Below are positions 46,785-60,246 of a stretch of DNA of 64,000 nt, one piece after another; the first letter of the stretch is position 1; the number at the start of each line of letters is the position of its first letter. Below the pieces are notes generated by a model. The model saw only the letters and a list, made by a program, of their open reading frames with translations, was not told the origin of the DNA and ran no database searches. The stretch covers positions 1 to 64,000 of the forward strand of contig NIVC01002977.1 of NCBI GenBank assembly GCA_002269645.1, written 5' to 3'. The DNA comes from Macrostomum lignano. Its lineage: Eukaryota. The position numbers were made by a program, and so were the translations under genes.

Positions 46785-47810
46785 AGGGGCGGAGGGCTGA
46801 AGATGGAGGGAGCGGAGGTCTGAAGATGGAGGGAGCGGAGGTCTGAAGATGGAGGGGGCGGAGGGCTGAAGGTTGAGGGGCGGAGGGCTAAAGGTTGAGG
46901 GGGTGGAGGGCTGAAGGTTGAGGGGGTGGAGGGCTGAAGGTTGAGGGGCGGAGGGCTGAAGGTTGAGGGGCGGAGGGCTGAAGGTTGAGGGGCGGAGGGC
47001 TGAAGATGGAGGGAGCGGAGGGCTGAAGATGGAGGGAGCGGAGGGCTGAAGATGGAGGGGCGGAGGGCTGAAGATGGAGGGGCGGAGGGCTGAAGATGGA
47101 GGGGCGGAGGGCTGAAGATGGAGGGGCGGAGGGCTGAAGGTTGAGGGGCGGAAGGCTGAAGGTTGAGGGGGTGGAGGGCTGAAGGTTGAGGGGGTGGAGG
47201 GCTGAAGGTTGAGGGGCGGAGGGCTGAAGGTTGAGGGGCGGAGGGCTGAAGATTGAGGGGGCGGAGGGCTGAAGGTTGAGGGGCGGAGGGCTGAAGGTTG
47301 AGGGGCGGAGGGCTGAAGATGGAGGGGCGGAGGGCTGAAGGTTGAGGGGGTGGAGGGCTGAAGGTTGAGGGGGTGGAGGGCTGAAGGTTGAGGGGCGGAG
47401 GGCTGAAGGTTGAGGGGCGGAGGGCTGAAGATGGAGGGAGCGAAGGGCTGAAGGTTGAGGGGCGGAGGGCTGAAGGTTGAGGGGCGGAGGGCTGAAGGTT
47501 GAGGGGCGGAGGGCTGAAGATGGAGGGAGCGAAGGGCTGAAGGTTGAGGGGCGGAGGGCTGAAGGTTGAGGGGGTGGAGGGCTGAAGGTTGAGGGGTGGA
47601 GGGCTGAAGGTTGAGGGGCGGAGGGCTGAAGATGGAGGGAGCGAAGGGCTGAAGGTTGAGGGGCGGAGGGCTGAAGGTTGAGGGGCGGAGGGCTGAAGAT
47701 TGAGGGGGCGGAGGGCTGAAGATGGAGGGAGCGAAGGGCTGAAGGTTGAGGGGCGGAGGGCTGAAAGTTGAGGGTCGCAGGGCTGAAGGTTGAGGGGCGG
47801 CTGGCTGAAG
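46785..47810. repeat. 22-bp minisatellite starting at the NIM1K stop codon (GAGGGCTGAAGGTTGAGGGGCG)
   Basis: Directly adjacent to the TGA at 47812-47814. Confidence 0.95.
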
Positions 47811-47811
47811 G

Positions 47812-50800
47812 TCAGAGCAGCCGGCAAGTTCTGCTGGTCTCGGACTCCCCGTTTCGTTGCCTTCGCGGTCGCCTCGTCTCGCCATCGTCTTCGTCTCCTT
47901 CGTCGTCCCAGTCGATGCCTTTTCCCCGGTCTTTGCTGCACAGCCGGTGCAGGGCGATCCGGTAGGCGCCGCCGACGGGGAAGCGGACCGACCCGGCCGC
48001 CTCCTCCAGGCTTCTCTCGTCGATGCCCAGCTGGCTGAGCTGCCTGCGGGCCGCCGCCTCGCGTCGCTGCCTCCGCCGCTCCTCGCGCCGCGTGTCCCGC
48101 TGCCCATTACGCTCTTCTCCTGGAGGCTCCTCGGGCCGCTCAGCCGCTTGCGGCTTCCGCTGCGCCGCCCTGCGCTCCGCCGCAGCCGCCTCGGTCAGCC
48201 AAGTGGCTCCGGCGACTTCAGTGGCCTTCGGACGGGCGTCGGGCTCCGACTGCAGCAGGGCGGCCACGAGCTGCCGCGCCGGCTCCGAGATGAAGGCCGG
48301 CAGCCGAAAGTCGCCGTCCAGCACCAACTGGCGCAGCCGACCGAGGGTGGCCGCGCGGAACGGCAGCGCCCCGGCCAGCATGAAGAACAGCAGGACGCCC
48401 AGCGCCCAGATGTCCACCGGCTGGCCCCGATAAGTCGATGAGGATTCCCGGCGGAAAAGCTCGGGCGCCGCGTAGGGCGGCGAGCCGCAGAATGTGTGCA
48501 GCTCCTGCTGCGGCCTGGCCACCGTGCTGAAGCCGAAGTCCCCGACCTTCACGTGACGCGGCCCGGCGAAGAACACGTTCTCCGCCTTCAGGTCCCGGTG
48601 GACCACGTGACGCGAGTGCTGCGGTCGGGGAATGATTTGCTTTAGGCTGACTCATGCTTGACTACTTACAGTAATGCGAACAGCGAATATTCCCAGCCAT
48701 CTTAAACCAATTCCGCACAAATCTAAACTTCATTTTGTCCGACATGCTACCTGTCCCCTCCCCAAGCTACCTGTCCCCTCCCCAAGCTACCTGTCCCCTT
48801 CCCCAAGCTACCTGTCCCCTTCCCCAAGCTACCTGTCCCCTTCCCCAAGCTACATGTCCCCTTCCTCAAGCTACCTGTCCCCTCCCCAAGCTACCTGTCC
48901 CCTTCCCCAAGCTACCTGTCCCCTTCCCCAAGCTACCTGTCCCCTTCCCCAAGCTACATGTCCCCTTCCTCAAGCTACCTGTCCCCTTCCCCAAGCTACC
49001 TGTCCCCTTCCCCAAGCTACCTGTCCCCTCCCCAAGCTATCTGTCCCCTTCCCCAAGCTACCTGTCCCCTTCCCCAAGCTACCTGTCCCCTTCCCCAAGC
49101 TACCTGTCCCCTTCCCCAAGCTACATGTCCCCTTCCTCAAGCTACCTGTCCCCTTCCCCAAGCTACATGTCCCCTTCCTCAAGCTACCTGTCCCCTTCCC
49201 CAAGCTACATGTCCCCTTCCTCAAGCTACCTGTCCCCTTCCCCAAGCTTACCTGTCCCCTTCCTCAAGCTACCTGTCCCCTTTCCCAAGCTACCTGTCCC
49301 CTCCCCAAGCTATCTGTCCCCTTCCCCAAGCTACCTATCCCCCTCCCCAAGCTACCTGTCCCCTTCCTCAAGCTACCTGTCCCCTTTCCCAAGCTACCTG
49401 TCCCCTCCCCAAGCTACCTGTCCCCTTCCCCAAGCTACCTATCCCCCTCCCCAAGCTACCTGTCCCCTTCCTCAAGCTATCTGTCCCCTTCCCCAAGCTA
49501 CCTGTCCCCTCCCCAAGCTACCTGCTCCCTTCCCCAAGCTCGGAGCGCATGCTCTGAGCAAGCTGGGACACCCGATCTGACTTGCTTCTACGCCAGTTCT
49601 CTCTTAGTCAGAGAGGCCTGTCTGAGAAAAATGAGTCATGCTGCACTGAATGGAAGCAACGTAACTCGATAGCGACAGAGGCTTCGAGTTCTGCCCAAGT
49701 CCCTTTTATTCCTTTGCTACTCGTACTTGCTAACTGTAGCTGCTATCTTCCTGTCATAAAATCTCTGCTTCACCCGTCAATATATTTACCTAGCTCTCTC
49801 AACTCAACCTGCTATGTCCTCATTCACGGTTCTTCCTATCCCAGTTCCTTATATCCACTTACTCATCCCCACTTCCCCATCCACAGTTTCCCATCCTCGG
49901 TTCCCCATCCCCAATTCTCCCCATCCCCAGTTCCCCATCCCCAGTTCCCCATCCTCAGTTCCCCATCCCCAGTTCCAAATCCCCAGTTCCCCATCCCCAG
50001 TTCCCCATCTCCAGTTCCCCATCCCCAGTTCCCCATCCCAGTTCCCCATCCCCAGTTCCCCATCTCCAGTTCCCCATCCCCAGTTCCCCATCCCCAGTTC
50101 CCCATCCCCAGTTCCAAATCCCCAGTTCCCCATCTCCAGTTCCCCATCCCCAGTGCCCCATCCCAGTTCCCCATCCCCAGTTCCCCATCCCAGTTCCCTA
50201 TCCCCAGTTTTCCATTCCCAATTCTCCCCATCCCCAGTTCCCCATCCCCAATTCTCCCCATCCCCAGTTCCCCATCCCCAATTCTCCCCATCCCCAGTTC
50301 CCCATCCCCAATTCTCCCCATCCCTAGTTCCCTATCCCTATCCCTATCCCAATCCCAATCCCAATTCTCCCCGTCCCAGTTCCAATCCTCACCATGTGCT
50401 CCACAGCCGCGGCCACCTGGCCGAAGATGTTCCTGGCCCGGGCCTCAGCCATGCGGCCCTCCCGCCTGATTTTCGTGAACAGCTCGCCACCTGGCGCAAA
50501 CTCCATCACCAGGTGCAGCTTGGCGACGCTCTCGATCACCTCGAACAGGCAGATCACGCAGGGATGCTGCAGCCGCTCCATCACCGTCACCTCGCGAGAG
50601 AGAAGCTGCTGCGTCTTGGCGTCCAGCTTCGTCTTGTCCAGAATTTTTATTGCCACTTTCTCTGCGGGCGTTTAGGATAAGCGGCTGCGGATAATCTCAG
50701 GCGTGCTGCTGGAGGTTCGCTGTGAGGATTTGTTCCCTCCCAGATCCTCAGACTGTGGCGCCAGCCTCCCAGATCCTCAGACTGTGGCGCCAACCTCCCA

Positions 50801-53800
50801 GATCCTCAGACTGTGGCGCCAACCTCCCAGATCCTCAGACTGTGGCGCCAACCTCCCAGATCCTCAGACTGTGGCGCCAGCCTCCCAGATCCTCAGACTG
50901 TGGCGCCAGCCTCTCAGATCCTCAGACTGTGGCGCCAGCCTCCCAGATCCTCAGACTGTGGCGCCAGCCTCTCAGATCCTCAGACTGTGGCGCAACCTTC
51001 CTAGATCCTCAGACTGGCGCCAGCTTCTCAGATCCTCAGACTGTGGCGCCACCTTCCTAGATCCTCAGACTGTGGCGCCACCTTCCTAGATCCTCAGACT
51101 GCGGCGCCACCTTCTCAGATCCTCAGACTGTGGCGCCACCTTCTCAGATCCTCAGACTGTGTCGCCAGCCTCAGGACCTGGCAAGATCCTCAGTTGCCAG
51201 ACCGTCGCCAGCCTTTCATATTCTCAGGCTGGGCCTCAGCCCTATAGCGGCTACAGCGCAGCATCTGTAGAAGTACACTCTGTCCAGCTTCAGGTTTCGC
51301 AGTGCAGGGCGCCGCGGCATTGTAACAGAACTTCATTGGTCAGGCGCCACTGTCTCAGCTGCCCAGGCTGCGCCGGCACCCACTGGGCAGCCACCCCTCG
51401 CTGCTGAATATTTGAGCGCGGGCTGTCCCAGCCCGGGGGGGCAGCCAAAGCAGCAATCCAGCGCAGCGCTCGCTGCATGAGGCAGGTGTGGGATGGCGGG
51501 AAATTTCTCCCAGCTCCCGCAGCATTGTTTCCTACTTGCCACTCGCGACTGTCCCCGCTGCCGCGGCTGCTTAGACGGGGCGGCTCCGCTGGGGGGGGGG
51601 AAGCTGGCTCCCATCTTCAGCTTCCGATGACGCAGAAAAGTTCATTCAGGTGTGCAACTGCCAGCCCCGGCTCGCTGTGGCATAATTGAATGGAGGGCTT
51701 GGCGTCGCCCAGCTGCTCGCCTCCCTTCTCTTCGGCGCATTCCAGCTTCCTTCTCCCCATCTTTATCTCCCTCTTCCCCCGTGCCTCATTATTCTTCTGC
51801 ATCTTCCCTCCCCAACTTTTTTCCTTTCTGAGCCTGGTCTCAATATCCCACCAGAACGTTTCAACCTTCATTCCGAACGTTCTCGATGCGCCCTGGCAGC
51901 CTGTCACAGGATCTTCGCCCTCTCGTGTCCCGGCCCTGTCACAGGACCTTCGCCCTCTCGTGTCCCGGCCCTGTCACAGGACCTTCGCCCTCTCGTGTCC
52001 CCGCCCTGTCACAGGACCTTCGCCCTCTCGTGTCCCAGCCCTGTCACAGGACCTTTGTCCTCTCGTGTCCCCGCCCTGTCACAGGACCTTCGCCCTCTCG
52101 TGTCCCCGCCCTGTCACAGGACCTTCGCCCTCTCGTGTCCCGGCCCTGTCACAGGACCTTCGTCCTCTCGTGTCCCAGCCCTGTCACAGGACCTTCGCCC
52201 TCTCGTGTCCCAGCCCTGTCACAGGACCGGCCCTCTCGTGTCCCGGCCCTGTCACAGGACCTTCGCCCTCTCGTGTCCCCGCACTTCCCCCGGCTCCGCT
52301 TGTTCCCTGTATAGTCCATCCGTATTCTCGAGCAACAGCGGCAGCTCAAATTAGAATGGCACTCCTGAGTAACCATGGCGACAGCGGCTCTGCAGATACT
52401 AAAGCAGGCAGCAGGAGCTCAAGGATGGGCAAATCCTGTGCGTGCCAGGACTCGCCTGCAGCTGCCCTTCCGCCTCATCATAAATTTATTGTCTGCCTCC
52501 TGTTGCTGTTTTCCACATTTCTCTCATCCAGCCGCTACTAAAAGTGCTGATCCGAATAACTGACCCAGCTGCAGCGAGCCCGAGCAGCTGACGAGGCTGC
52601 TCAGCAAGGAAAGATGGCGTCACAAAACGCTCGGCTCCGCTGCAGGATAAAAATAACTCGCGCCTGAAACTCTGCCAGCCTGCACTCTTGACAGACTGAG
52701 TCAGCACGCAGGGAGGGGATATGGGAAGAATGCTCTGAGGGTGCTCATGCATATTCAAACTCATCCTCTTTTCAGCTTGTCGAACTGTCGAATGCCAACG
52801 GGTTTTCTCAGAGTGAGTGCAGGCTTGAGTGGCACAAGTGGTTAACAGACAGCGAATCTGCAGTGCTGCGGCTTGCTGCAAGATTGAAAAGGGAAATCAG
52901 CAGGAGGCGGGTGCTCAGGCCGCTGATGACATGCCCGGAGTCCTTTGATCCGACCGCCACCTGCCATGACAGCAGCTGGCCTGCTGAATCGAACCGAAGT
53001 CTGCTCAATTAGAGAGACGAACCTGATCTGAGTGCGCTCAAAGCATCCGCACTGAGCCAGAGTGGGACAGCACCTGCGAGAACTTCCTGGACCTTCCACC
53101 TGCAAGACACGGGAATAACCGATGCGCTCCTAGAGCTCAGTCTCAATAGAATTGAGATTTACGATTTTTGAATTGAAAGTCAGTTAATTGAATCTGACAA
53201 TTGCAGCATGGCTCAGCCCAGGCGTCACTACAAGCATGGCATGGGGGTGACTTGACTTCCGCAAAGGTTGCATGCTGACGTCTGAGGATAAAATTGCGAA
53301 ACAGACATTCGCTCTTTTGCGGAAGATGGGGGGTAGAGAGCGGCATATGAGTGTCAGCAGTGAGGCAGCAGTGAGGCAGCAGTGAGGCAGCAGTGAGGCA
53401 GCAGTGAGGCAGCAGTGAGGCAGCAGTGAGGTAGCAGTGAGGTAGCAGTGAGGCAGCAGTGAGGCAGCAGTGAGGCAGCAGTGAGACAGCAGTGAGACAG
53501 CAGTGAGGCAGCAGTGAGGTAGCAGTGAGGCAGCAGTGAGGTAGCAGTGAGGCAGCAGTGAGGTAGCAGTGAGGCAGCAGTGAGACAGCAGTGAGGCAGC
53601 AGTGAGGCAGCAGTGAAGCAGCGGCGAGGTAGCAGTGAGGCAGCAGTGAGGCAGCAGTGAGGCAGCAGTGAGACAGCAGTGAGACAGCAGTGAGGCAGCA
53701 GTGAGGTAGCAGTGAGGCAGCAGTGAGGTAGCAGTGAGGCAGCAGTGAGGTAGCAGTGAGGCAGCAGTGAGGCAGCAGTGAGACAGCAGTGAGGCAGCAG

Positions 53801-55513
53801 TGAGGCAGCAGTGAAGCAGCGGCGAGGTAGCAGTGAGGCAGCAGTGAGGCAGCAGTGAGGCAGCGGCGAGGTAGCAGTGAGGCAGCAGTGAGGCAGCAGT
53901 GAGGCAGCAGTGAGGCAGCAGTGAAGCAGCGGCGAGGTAGCAGTGAGGCAGCAGTGAGGCAGCAGTGAGGCAGCAGTGAGGCAGCGGCGAGGTAGCAGTG
54001 AGGCAGCAGTGAGGCAGCAGTGAGGCAGCAGTGAGGCAGCAGTGAAGCAGCGGCGAGGTAGCAGTGAGGCAGCAGTGAGGCAGCGGCGAGGTAGCAGTGA
54101 GGCAGCGGCGAGGTAGCAGTGAGGCAGCAGTGAGGCAGCAGTGAGGCAGCAGTGAGGCAGCAGTGAGGCAGCAGTGAGGCAGCAGTGAGGCAGCAGTGAG
54201 GCAGCAGTGAAGCAGCGGCGAGGTAGCAGTGAGGCAGCAGTGAGGCAGCAGTGAGGCAGCAGTGAGGCAGCAGTGAGGTAGCAGTGAGGCAGCAGTGAGA
54301 CAGCAGTGAGGCAGCAGTGAGGCAGCAGTGAGGCAGCAGTGAGGCAGCAGTGAGGCAGCAGTGAGGCAGCAGTGAGACAGCAGTGAGGCAGCAGTGAGGC
54401 AGCAGTGAGGCAGCAGTGAGGCAGCAGTGAGACAGCAGTGAGGCAGCAGTGAGACAGCAGTGAGACAGCAGTGAGACAGCAGTGAGACAGCAGTGAGGTA
54501 GCAGTGAGGCAGCAGTGAGACAGCAGTGAGGTAGCAGTGAGACAGCAGCGAGGCAGCAGTGAGACAGCAGTGAGGTAGCAGTGAGGCAGCAGTGAGACAG
54601 CAGTGAGGCAGCAGTGAGACAGCAGCGAGGCAGCAGCGAGGCAGCAGCGAGGCAGCAGTGAGGCAGCAGTGAGACAGCAGCGAGGCAGCAGCGAGGCAGC
54701 AGTGAGGCAGCAGTGAGACAGCAGTGAGACAGCAGCGAGGCAGCAGCGAGGCAGCAGTGAGGTAGCAGTGAGACAGCAGTGAGGTAGCAGTGAGGCAGCA
54801 GTGAGGCAGCAGTGAGGCAGCAGTGAGGCAGCGGCGAGGTAGCAGTGAGGCAGCAGTGAGGTAGCAGTGAGGTAGCAGTGAGGCAGCAGTGAGACAGCAG
54901 TGAGACAGCAGCGAGGCAGCAGCGAGGCAGCAGCGAGGCAGCAGCGAGGCAGCAGTGAGGCAGCAGTGAAGCAGCAGTGAGGTAGCAGTAAGGTAGCAGT
55001 GAGACAGCAGTGAGGTAGCAGTGAGACAGCAGCGAGGCAGCAGTGAGGCAGCAGTGAGGCAGCGGCGAGGTAGCAGTGAGGCAGCAGTGAGGTAGCAGTG
55101 AGGTAGCAGTGAGGCAGCAGTGAGACAGCAGTGAGGTAGCAGTGAGACAGCAGTGAGGTAGCAGTGAGACAGCAGCGAGGCAGCAGTGAGACAGCAGTGA
55201 AGCAGCAGTGAGGTAGCAGTGAGGCAGCAGTGAGACAGCAGCGAGGCAGCAGGGATCTCATCAACTTACCCTTGGTGAGCTCGTGCGTGGCCAGCTTGAC
55301 CTGTGAGAAGTTGCCAGTGCCCAGCAGGTCGTGCAGCCTGTAGAAGCCGACCCGCTGGCCGAGCGCCAGCTCCTTCTGCACCGCGGCGCTGTCCAGAAGC
55401 TCTTTGCTGAGCCGCGCGAATGCGCTGGGCAGCTCGTCGCTGTCGTCTTCCTGACCGCTGCCGTGGGCCGCCGCCCATGCCGTGTGCGGCACAATGGGAT
55501 CTCCGGCTGTCAT
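47812..55513 (-). CDS. NIM1K: NIM1-like (AMPK-related) serine/threonine kinase
   Basis: Exons 55513-55270, 50661-50393, 48618-47812 with consistent phases. [75 protein letters not shown] is characteristic of NIM1K. Confidence 0.93.
48745..49540. repeat. 21-bp intronic minisatellite (CCCCAAGCTACCTGTCCCCTT)
   Basis: NIM1K intron 48619-50392. Confidence 0.95.
49865..50380. repeat. 13-14-bp C-rich intronic repeat (CCCCATCCCAGTT)
   Basis: Begins at the NIM1K donor 50392. Confidence 0.9.
50735..51170. repeat. 29-bp intronic minisatellite (CAGATCCTCAGACTGTGGCGCCAGCCTCC)
   Basis: NIM1K intron 50662-55269. Confidence 0.9.
51895..52280. repeat. 35-bp intronic minisatellite (CCCTGTCACAGGACCTTCGCCCTCTCGTGTCCCGG)
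   Basis: Each unit contains the CCTGT-C-ACAGG inverted repeat. Confidence 0.9.
53355..55250. repeat. 11-bp intronic minisatellite (CAGTGAGGCAG), ~1.9 kb
   Basis: Begins ~15 bp after the NIM1K donor 55269; explains the spurious 719-aa ORF extension. Confidence 0.97.
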
Positions 55514-56449
55514 GGCAGTGGCCTCGCATCCCGACGGACACCCGGGCTGCTCGTCCCCCAGTTTTAGCCCAGGTGCAGGTCCAATCAGCGCTCCGCTTGC
55601 TGCCTGCAGCCGTGCTGGCCAATGGCGGCGTCTGTGAAAGAGCTCAGCTGTGCGGAGCAGGCGGCCGGCAGCGGCTTGCCTCCAGCTTACGCGATCGCAA
55701 ATTGGCCGCTGAGGCCCAGGCGCAGGGCTGCAGTTTCTGTCCCAGGCAGTGGAATATTTAATGAACTGCTTGAAATTTGGGCTTTGAATTTCAGGGGAAC
55801 TGGAGAGGATTGGGAATTAGAGATGTTTGACGGGATTGACTGGGAGCCAGTTACCTGACTGCACTGAGCTCGCTTTGCAGATTTCAAAGAGTAGGCGACG
55901 GCCGCTTAAACAATTGATATGCGCTGTCGGTGTACCAGCCCCTGTCTGAGCAGAGTCTGAGCAGAGCAGGGCTGGGTGAGAGGGGCTGCTGGGTGAGCAT
56001 GAGGCGGCAAGGTAGTCAGAAAATTGTGTAAGCTGCATAGCGTGAATATGGGATTTTGTTTGCACAACTGCGGTCTCAAAGACCAGAAGCTGGTGCATAT
56101 ACAGCTCGGCCTCATCCATCACCAGAAACTCTTCTTTCAATTTAATTTCAACCTAAAATTCGGGGACCAGCGAAATTGATAGCTGAGGAGCTTCAGGGAA
56201 ATGAAACTGCCGTGCGTGCTGTGCAAGGATCGGCTAAGCCTGGAAAGTTAATGACTGTCTGGCGTTCAAGACAGAATTTGTGTCGTCAATTGTCTCATTC
56301 AGCGGTATGAGAGGGTTTTTAGGAGTGTTTTTGTGCAGTGTGCTGGCGTTTCTGCTGTTAAAAATTGGAAGTGTAAATGATATATGCACAATGAGTTTTT
56401 AAGCTTTATTTGATCGATCGACGATCTCGATCAGGCGGCCTTGTAGCTA

Positions 56450-57030
56450 GGTTAAAAATTGTAGGCACAGAAAAATGTATGGTGACTCCAGGGATCATTG
56501 CACTCAAAGCGAAATTGAATCACAGGGCAAATGCTTTTGATCTTGTCCTTTCTGACCTTTTTGCCCACGTGACATGCAGCTTGCATGCGCTGTCCAATAG
56601 GTTGCTGTATTACGCTGGTACCAGCAGCAAATATGGTATCGGCAGTGCGGACGACCTGCCCCTGAATGAGTGGCAACTGCATCTGGCAACTCCACGGGCC
56701 AAAGAGCTACATCTTTCAGCCAGTACGTGTAAGACTGTGCGCTTCATACTTAACAATTTGAACAATGAATTCGCAGAAGAATTCTGTTCTTGCACACAGC
56801 TAACACGATCAATAGACGACAATTGGCCGAGCCGAACTTCCAGCTGTTGCTAAGGCGCTGCTCGGTGGTACCTGTGCACTCCACCATATGTGCTGATGCT
56901 GAGTAGCTCTTTAGTGCAGCGGGAAATATAGCTATTATACTGTCACACAGCTAGTGCATGGCTCCCCCACAGCTGATTCTGCAACTGCTAGCTATTCATG
57001 AAGCAGAATTTTGGAGTAATTTAATCTGAT
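56450..57030 (+). mobile_element. Decayed hAT (Ac/ZBED-like) transposase C-terminal fragment
   Basis: Broken frames give DLPLNEW..., E*LFSAAGNI..LFMKQN, resembling the hAT dimerisation-domain motif ERxFSxAG..LFLxxN; in-frame stops; TTACGG subterminal-like repeats near 57300-57400. Confidence 0.5.
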
Positions 57031-60000
57031 CTGACATTGAATTATAAGACAGACAATTTTTTCTAAACAGAATGTTCTTTGCGCAAATTAAAAGCGTCAT
57101 TTTTCTTTGTGTTCCAATTTTATTTTCATTTTCCATTCTTTTTGTGCTTTTTAAGAGCAAAATTTTTTATTAAAAATCATATTTCTCTACTTTACTTTAA
57201 ACTGTTTGCATTATTTTTTTACAATAAATAAATGAGACACTGGTAATGAGAGATAAATTAAACAATTGTTGTGTTGCCATGGATTAAATATCATTGAAAT
57301 TAAGTTACGGAACGTTACGGGAAAGTAATTAATTACGGATAGTGATACGGATAGGCTACGGGGAAATTAAATACGGCTATACTACAGATACACGGCTAAA
57401 ATTTTGGACCCGAATCGAAATCGAATTCATTTCAAGTACTTTGTTGAGTAACTCTGAGCATAAATCTTTAAAAAGTCTGAGTATTTGTCAGAGTAACTAT
57501 TCCTTTGCTATTCCTAAACCCGGACCTCTCCGACATTTTCAGGCCCGAGAATCTCTGCCAGCTCGTCTGCTACCTAGCTAAGGGCTACCGGGCGAGCGAA
57601 AATCCACCCCCTGGACTCTCCGGAGGTGGACCACGCTGCGGACACCGGCACCATCGGCACTAGCTGCCCGTGGTCGCCAGGCGTTAGGGTCGTTCTCAAA
57701 GTTTAGTCGTAAGCAGTGAAACAAATATTTTTGAAAATCAGCCTGAAATATTGAATCTTTTCTTATTTTAGCTCTAAAAGGACTTAAAAAATATATGCCT
57801 CTCATGGGTCTTAATCTATTTTAACATTGAACTTTTGATGTTAATCTCATCAGAGTGCGCTATTTCATTTTTCGATGTATATTTTTATTATCGCACGAGC
57901 TATAATACCCACTTTAGAGAAGCTACATTCTGTTCACGTGGTCTTATTAAAAAAGAAAATTGATAAATGTTATTTATAACTTTGGTTAGCACAACCTAGA
58001 ACCCATTTAACTCTTTCGATTGCAAAGCAGATGTTGCTATTTCGATTTTTGCTAGAAACGTAACATTATGAATGATTAAAAAATCCACTTTTAATTAATT
58101 TGTTCTGTTAATAGAATAAGCTAATAGCTACGTTTTCTGCTGTTTTTTTAAGAAAGATAGTCATATCTAACACTAAAGTATCAATTAAGGCAGTTTCATT
58201 CTATATTAAAAAGAAAAGTTAAATAAATTCAATTTTAAGTTTTTTTCAATAGCACAAAATTAACCTAACAAAGAGAGATTTCGCTGACAACAACAAAGCA
58301 AGTAGCACCAAAGTTATTTTAATTTAAAGTCCTCATCTGTGGGATGAGAAAAAGTACCACTTTTTTGTCTCTAGTTATGAAAAAAAATTTTCTCAGCACA
58401 TTGTTAGGTTTTTTGGATGTTTTTTTATGTACGCTCGTATTTAGATGAATTTTTGCTATTGATCACCCAATATGTTAGTCAGAACAAACAGAATTTGATT
58501 TATGTAGATAAAATTGACTATTTTTCTCTTAAAAACAGTCGTTTTTTGTTGTTTTCACACAATTTTTTTAACTGATTTAAAATTTGTATTGTAAGTTACA
58601 AGTAAACATAATGAGTCAAAACAAGAGGTAGTAGAAACTGAAAAGAAAATAAGAGTAACGAATAATAAAAAAAGTTGCATGATTTGATTAGTCAAGAAAT
58701 AGTATTAAAACAATTTTGCATCTGATTTATAATCAATGAAATTAGCTGTCTGAAGCACAAAAATTAATTTCTTTGAAACATTAAATTCATTCTCATATGT
58801 TCTGCAATTCATTAAAGATATACATGTAGCAACTTAAACATTCAGTTGATACTTTTCACCTTTGGATGCATATAGCTACTAACAAGAAAAAAGACAAAAG
58901 AAAAAACTTAATTGCCATTGATGCTGGCAATGTAATATTAAATATGGTACAGAAAGATGGAATCTCTACAGAGTGCTGCCACACGAATTTTTGAAGTGTT
59001 TAACAGATAAGTCATGGCAGTACCATAACAGACATACTATATTTTATATTACTCTTCGATTGACAATTACGCTTTAGATATGTTTTAGATGATGATTTTC
59101 CATTGGGACTAACTCTATATACCGAGGCCAGACACAGTTAAGTGCGGCTGACAGCACTGAAGCGGCGGTTAACAGAGAATGCGATGAGCTGTGGCCTGTG
59201 GAGACAGCCAGCTGATGTACGAGCATCAGTAGAAGGGAAAGACATCCAATAGTGTCTTGCTATTGGTTTGTTACATGTACAGCGAACATCTACTTTTATT
59301 CTAATGTGATCGATTTAATTCTACTGACCCAATTGGCTAAAGCACTGTAAACTGCACACCTCTCGGACGGATATGTAATGCTATTTGCTGCACTTTTACC
59401 TGTTTCTCTGCCAGAACACCAGCATCATTGTATGTGCCACAATCTAAGATGTGCAGTGGTCCTTTGGATGTGGTTAGTTCTGCAGGCATCGACGTAATTT
59501 ATCAAATGAGACGAATTGTATACCGAGCATGACAGCTAGTGCAGGGCCAGAATCGATTACAGAGGTTCGCCAGAGCAATTGCAGTGATCCATGTGGCTGC
59601 CGAGTCAGACGTCTGTAATAGGCTAATTAACTTACCAAGACCAAAGTATTTAATTTAAATTTATAAGCTGTTCTTTTAGTAGTTATGCAGCCTAATTACA
59701 TAAGAAAATAGTATAGTAAAATAGTAAAATAGTATTAAAGCTATGTTGCAGAATATAAATGCTTGCTGAATTATTTTTTAAAAAAACGCAAGTCTGTTCG
59801 AAAAAAGATACATGCATTTTAGGTTTTAAAAGAAATGGCTTCCTAGCTCGTTTACTATATATATTCTAATTCAAAAAAACTTTTAATGCTTTAAAAGACA
59901 TATTTTGCAAGCCTAATTTTTAGCTAAACCAGTTTTGTATATTTTAAGCTTCATATTTCGGTGTTTAAGTACAATAATTAAGTTCTTGAGTGGTACAATA

Positions 60001-60246
60001 TCAATTATTTCGGGTGTTTCTTGTTACGCGATAATTTTAAATACAAGCAATTTATACGAAAAAAACAAAATGTTGATTTAAAAATAACATTTTCTATTGA
60101 AATAATACTTATTAAATAGTAAACATAGAATAAAAGATGTATATAATTCATAAAAAATAAAAGAAAACTTGCATTATTTCACAATTTTTGGTCGTTTTAT
60201 TTTCCGTTGCGAAAAATAACAAATTGCTAGATTTCGTCTTAAATAT

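Noticed and set aside
154-55513. Long low-complexity ORFs in the track (e.g. 11225-12913, 33411-35066, 45223-46331, 53354-55260)
   Set aside because: They are translations of tandem repeats lying in introns or UTRs that are bounded by canonical splice sites; they are open in several frames.
57830-57880. Hammerhead ribozyme core (CTGATGA and GAAA on the minus strand)
   Set aside because: Spacing is too short to form stems I and III.
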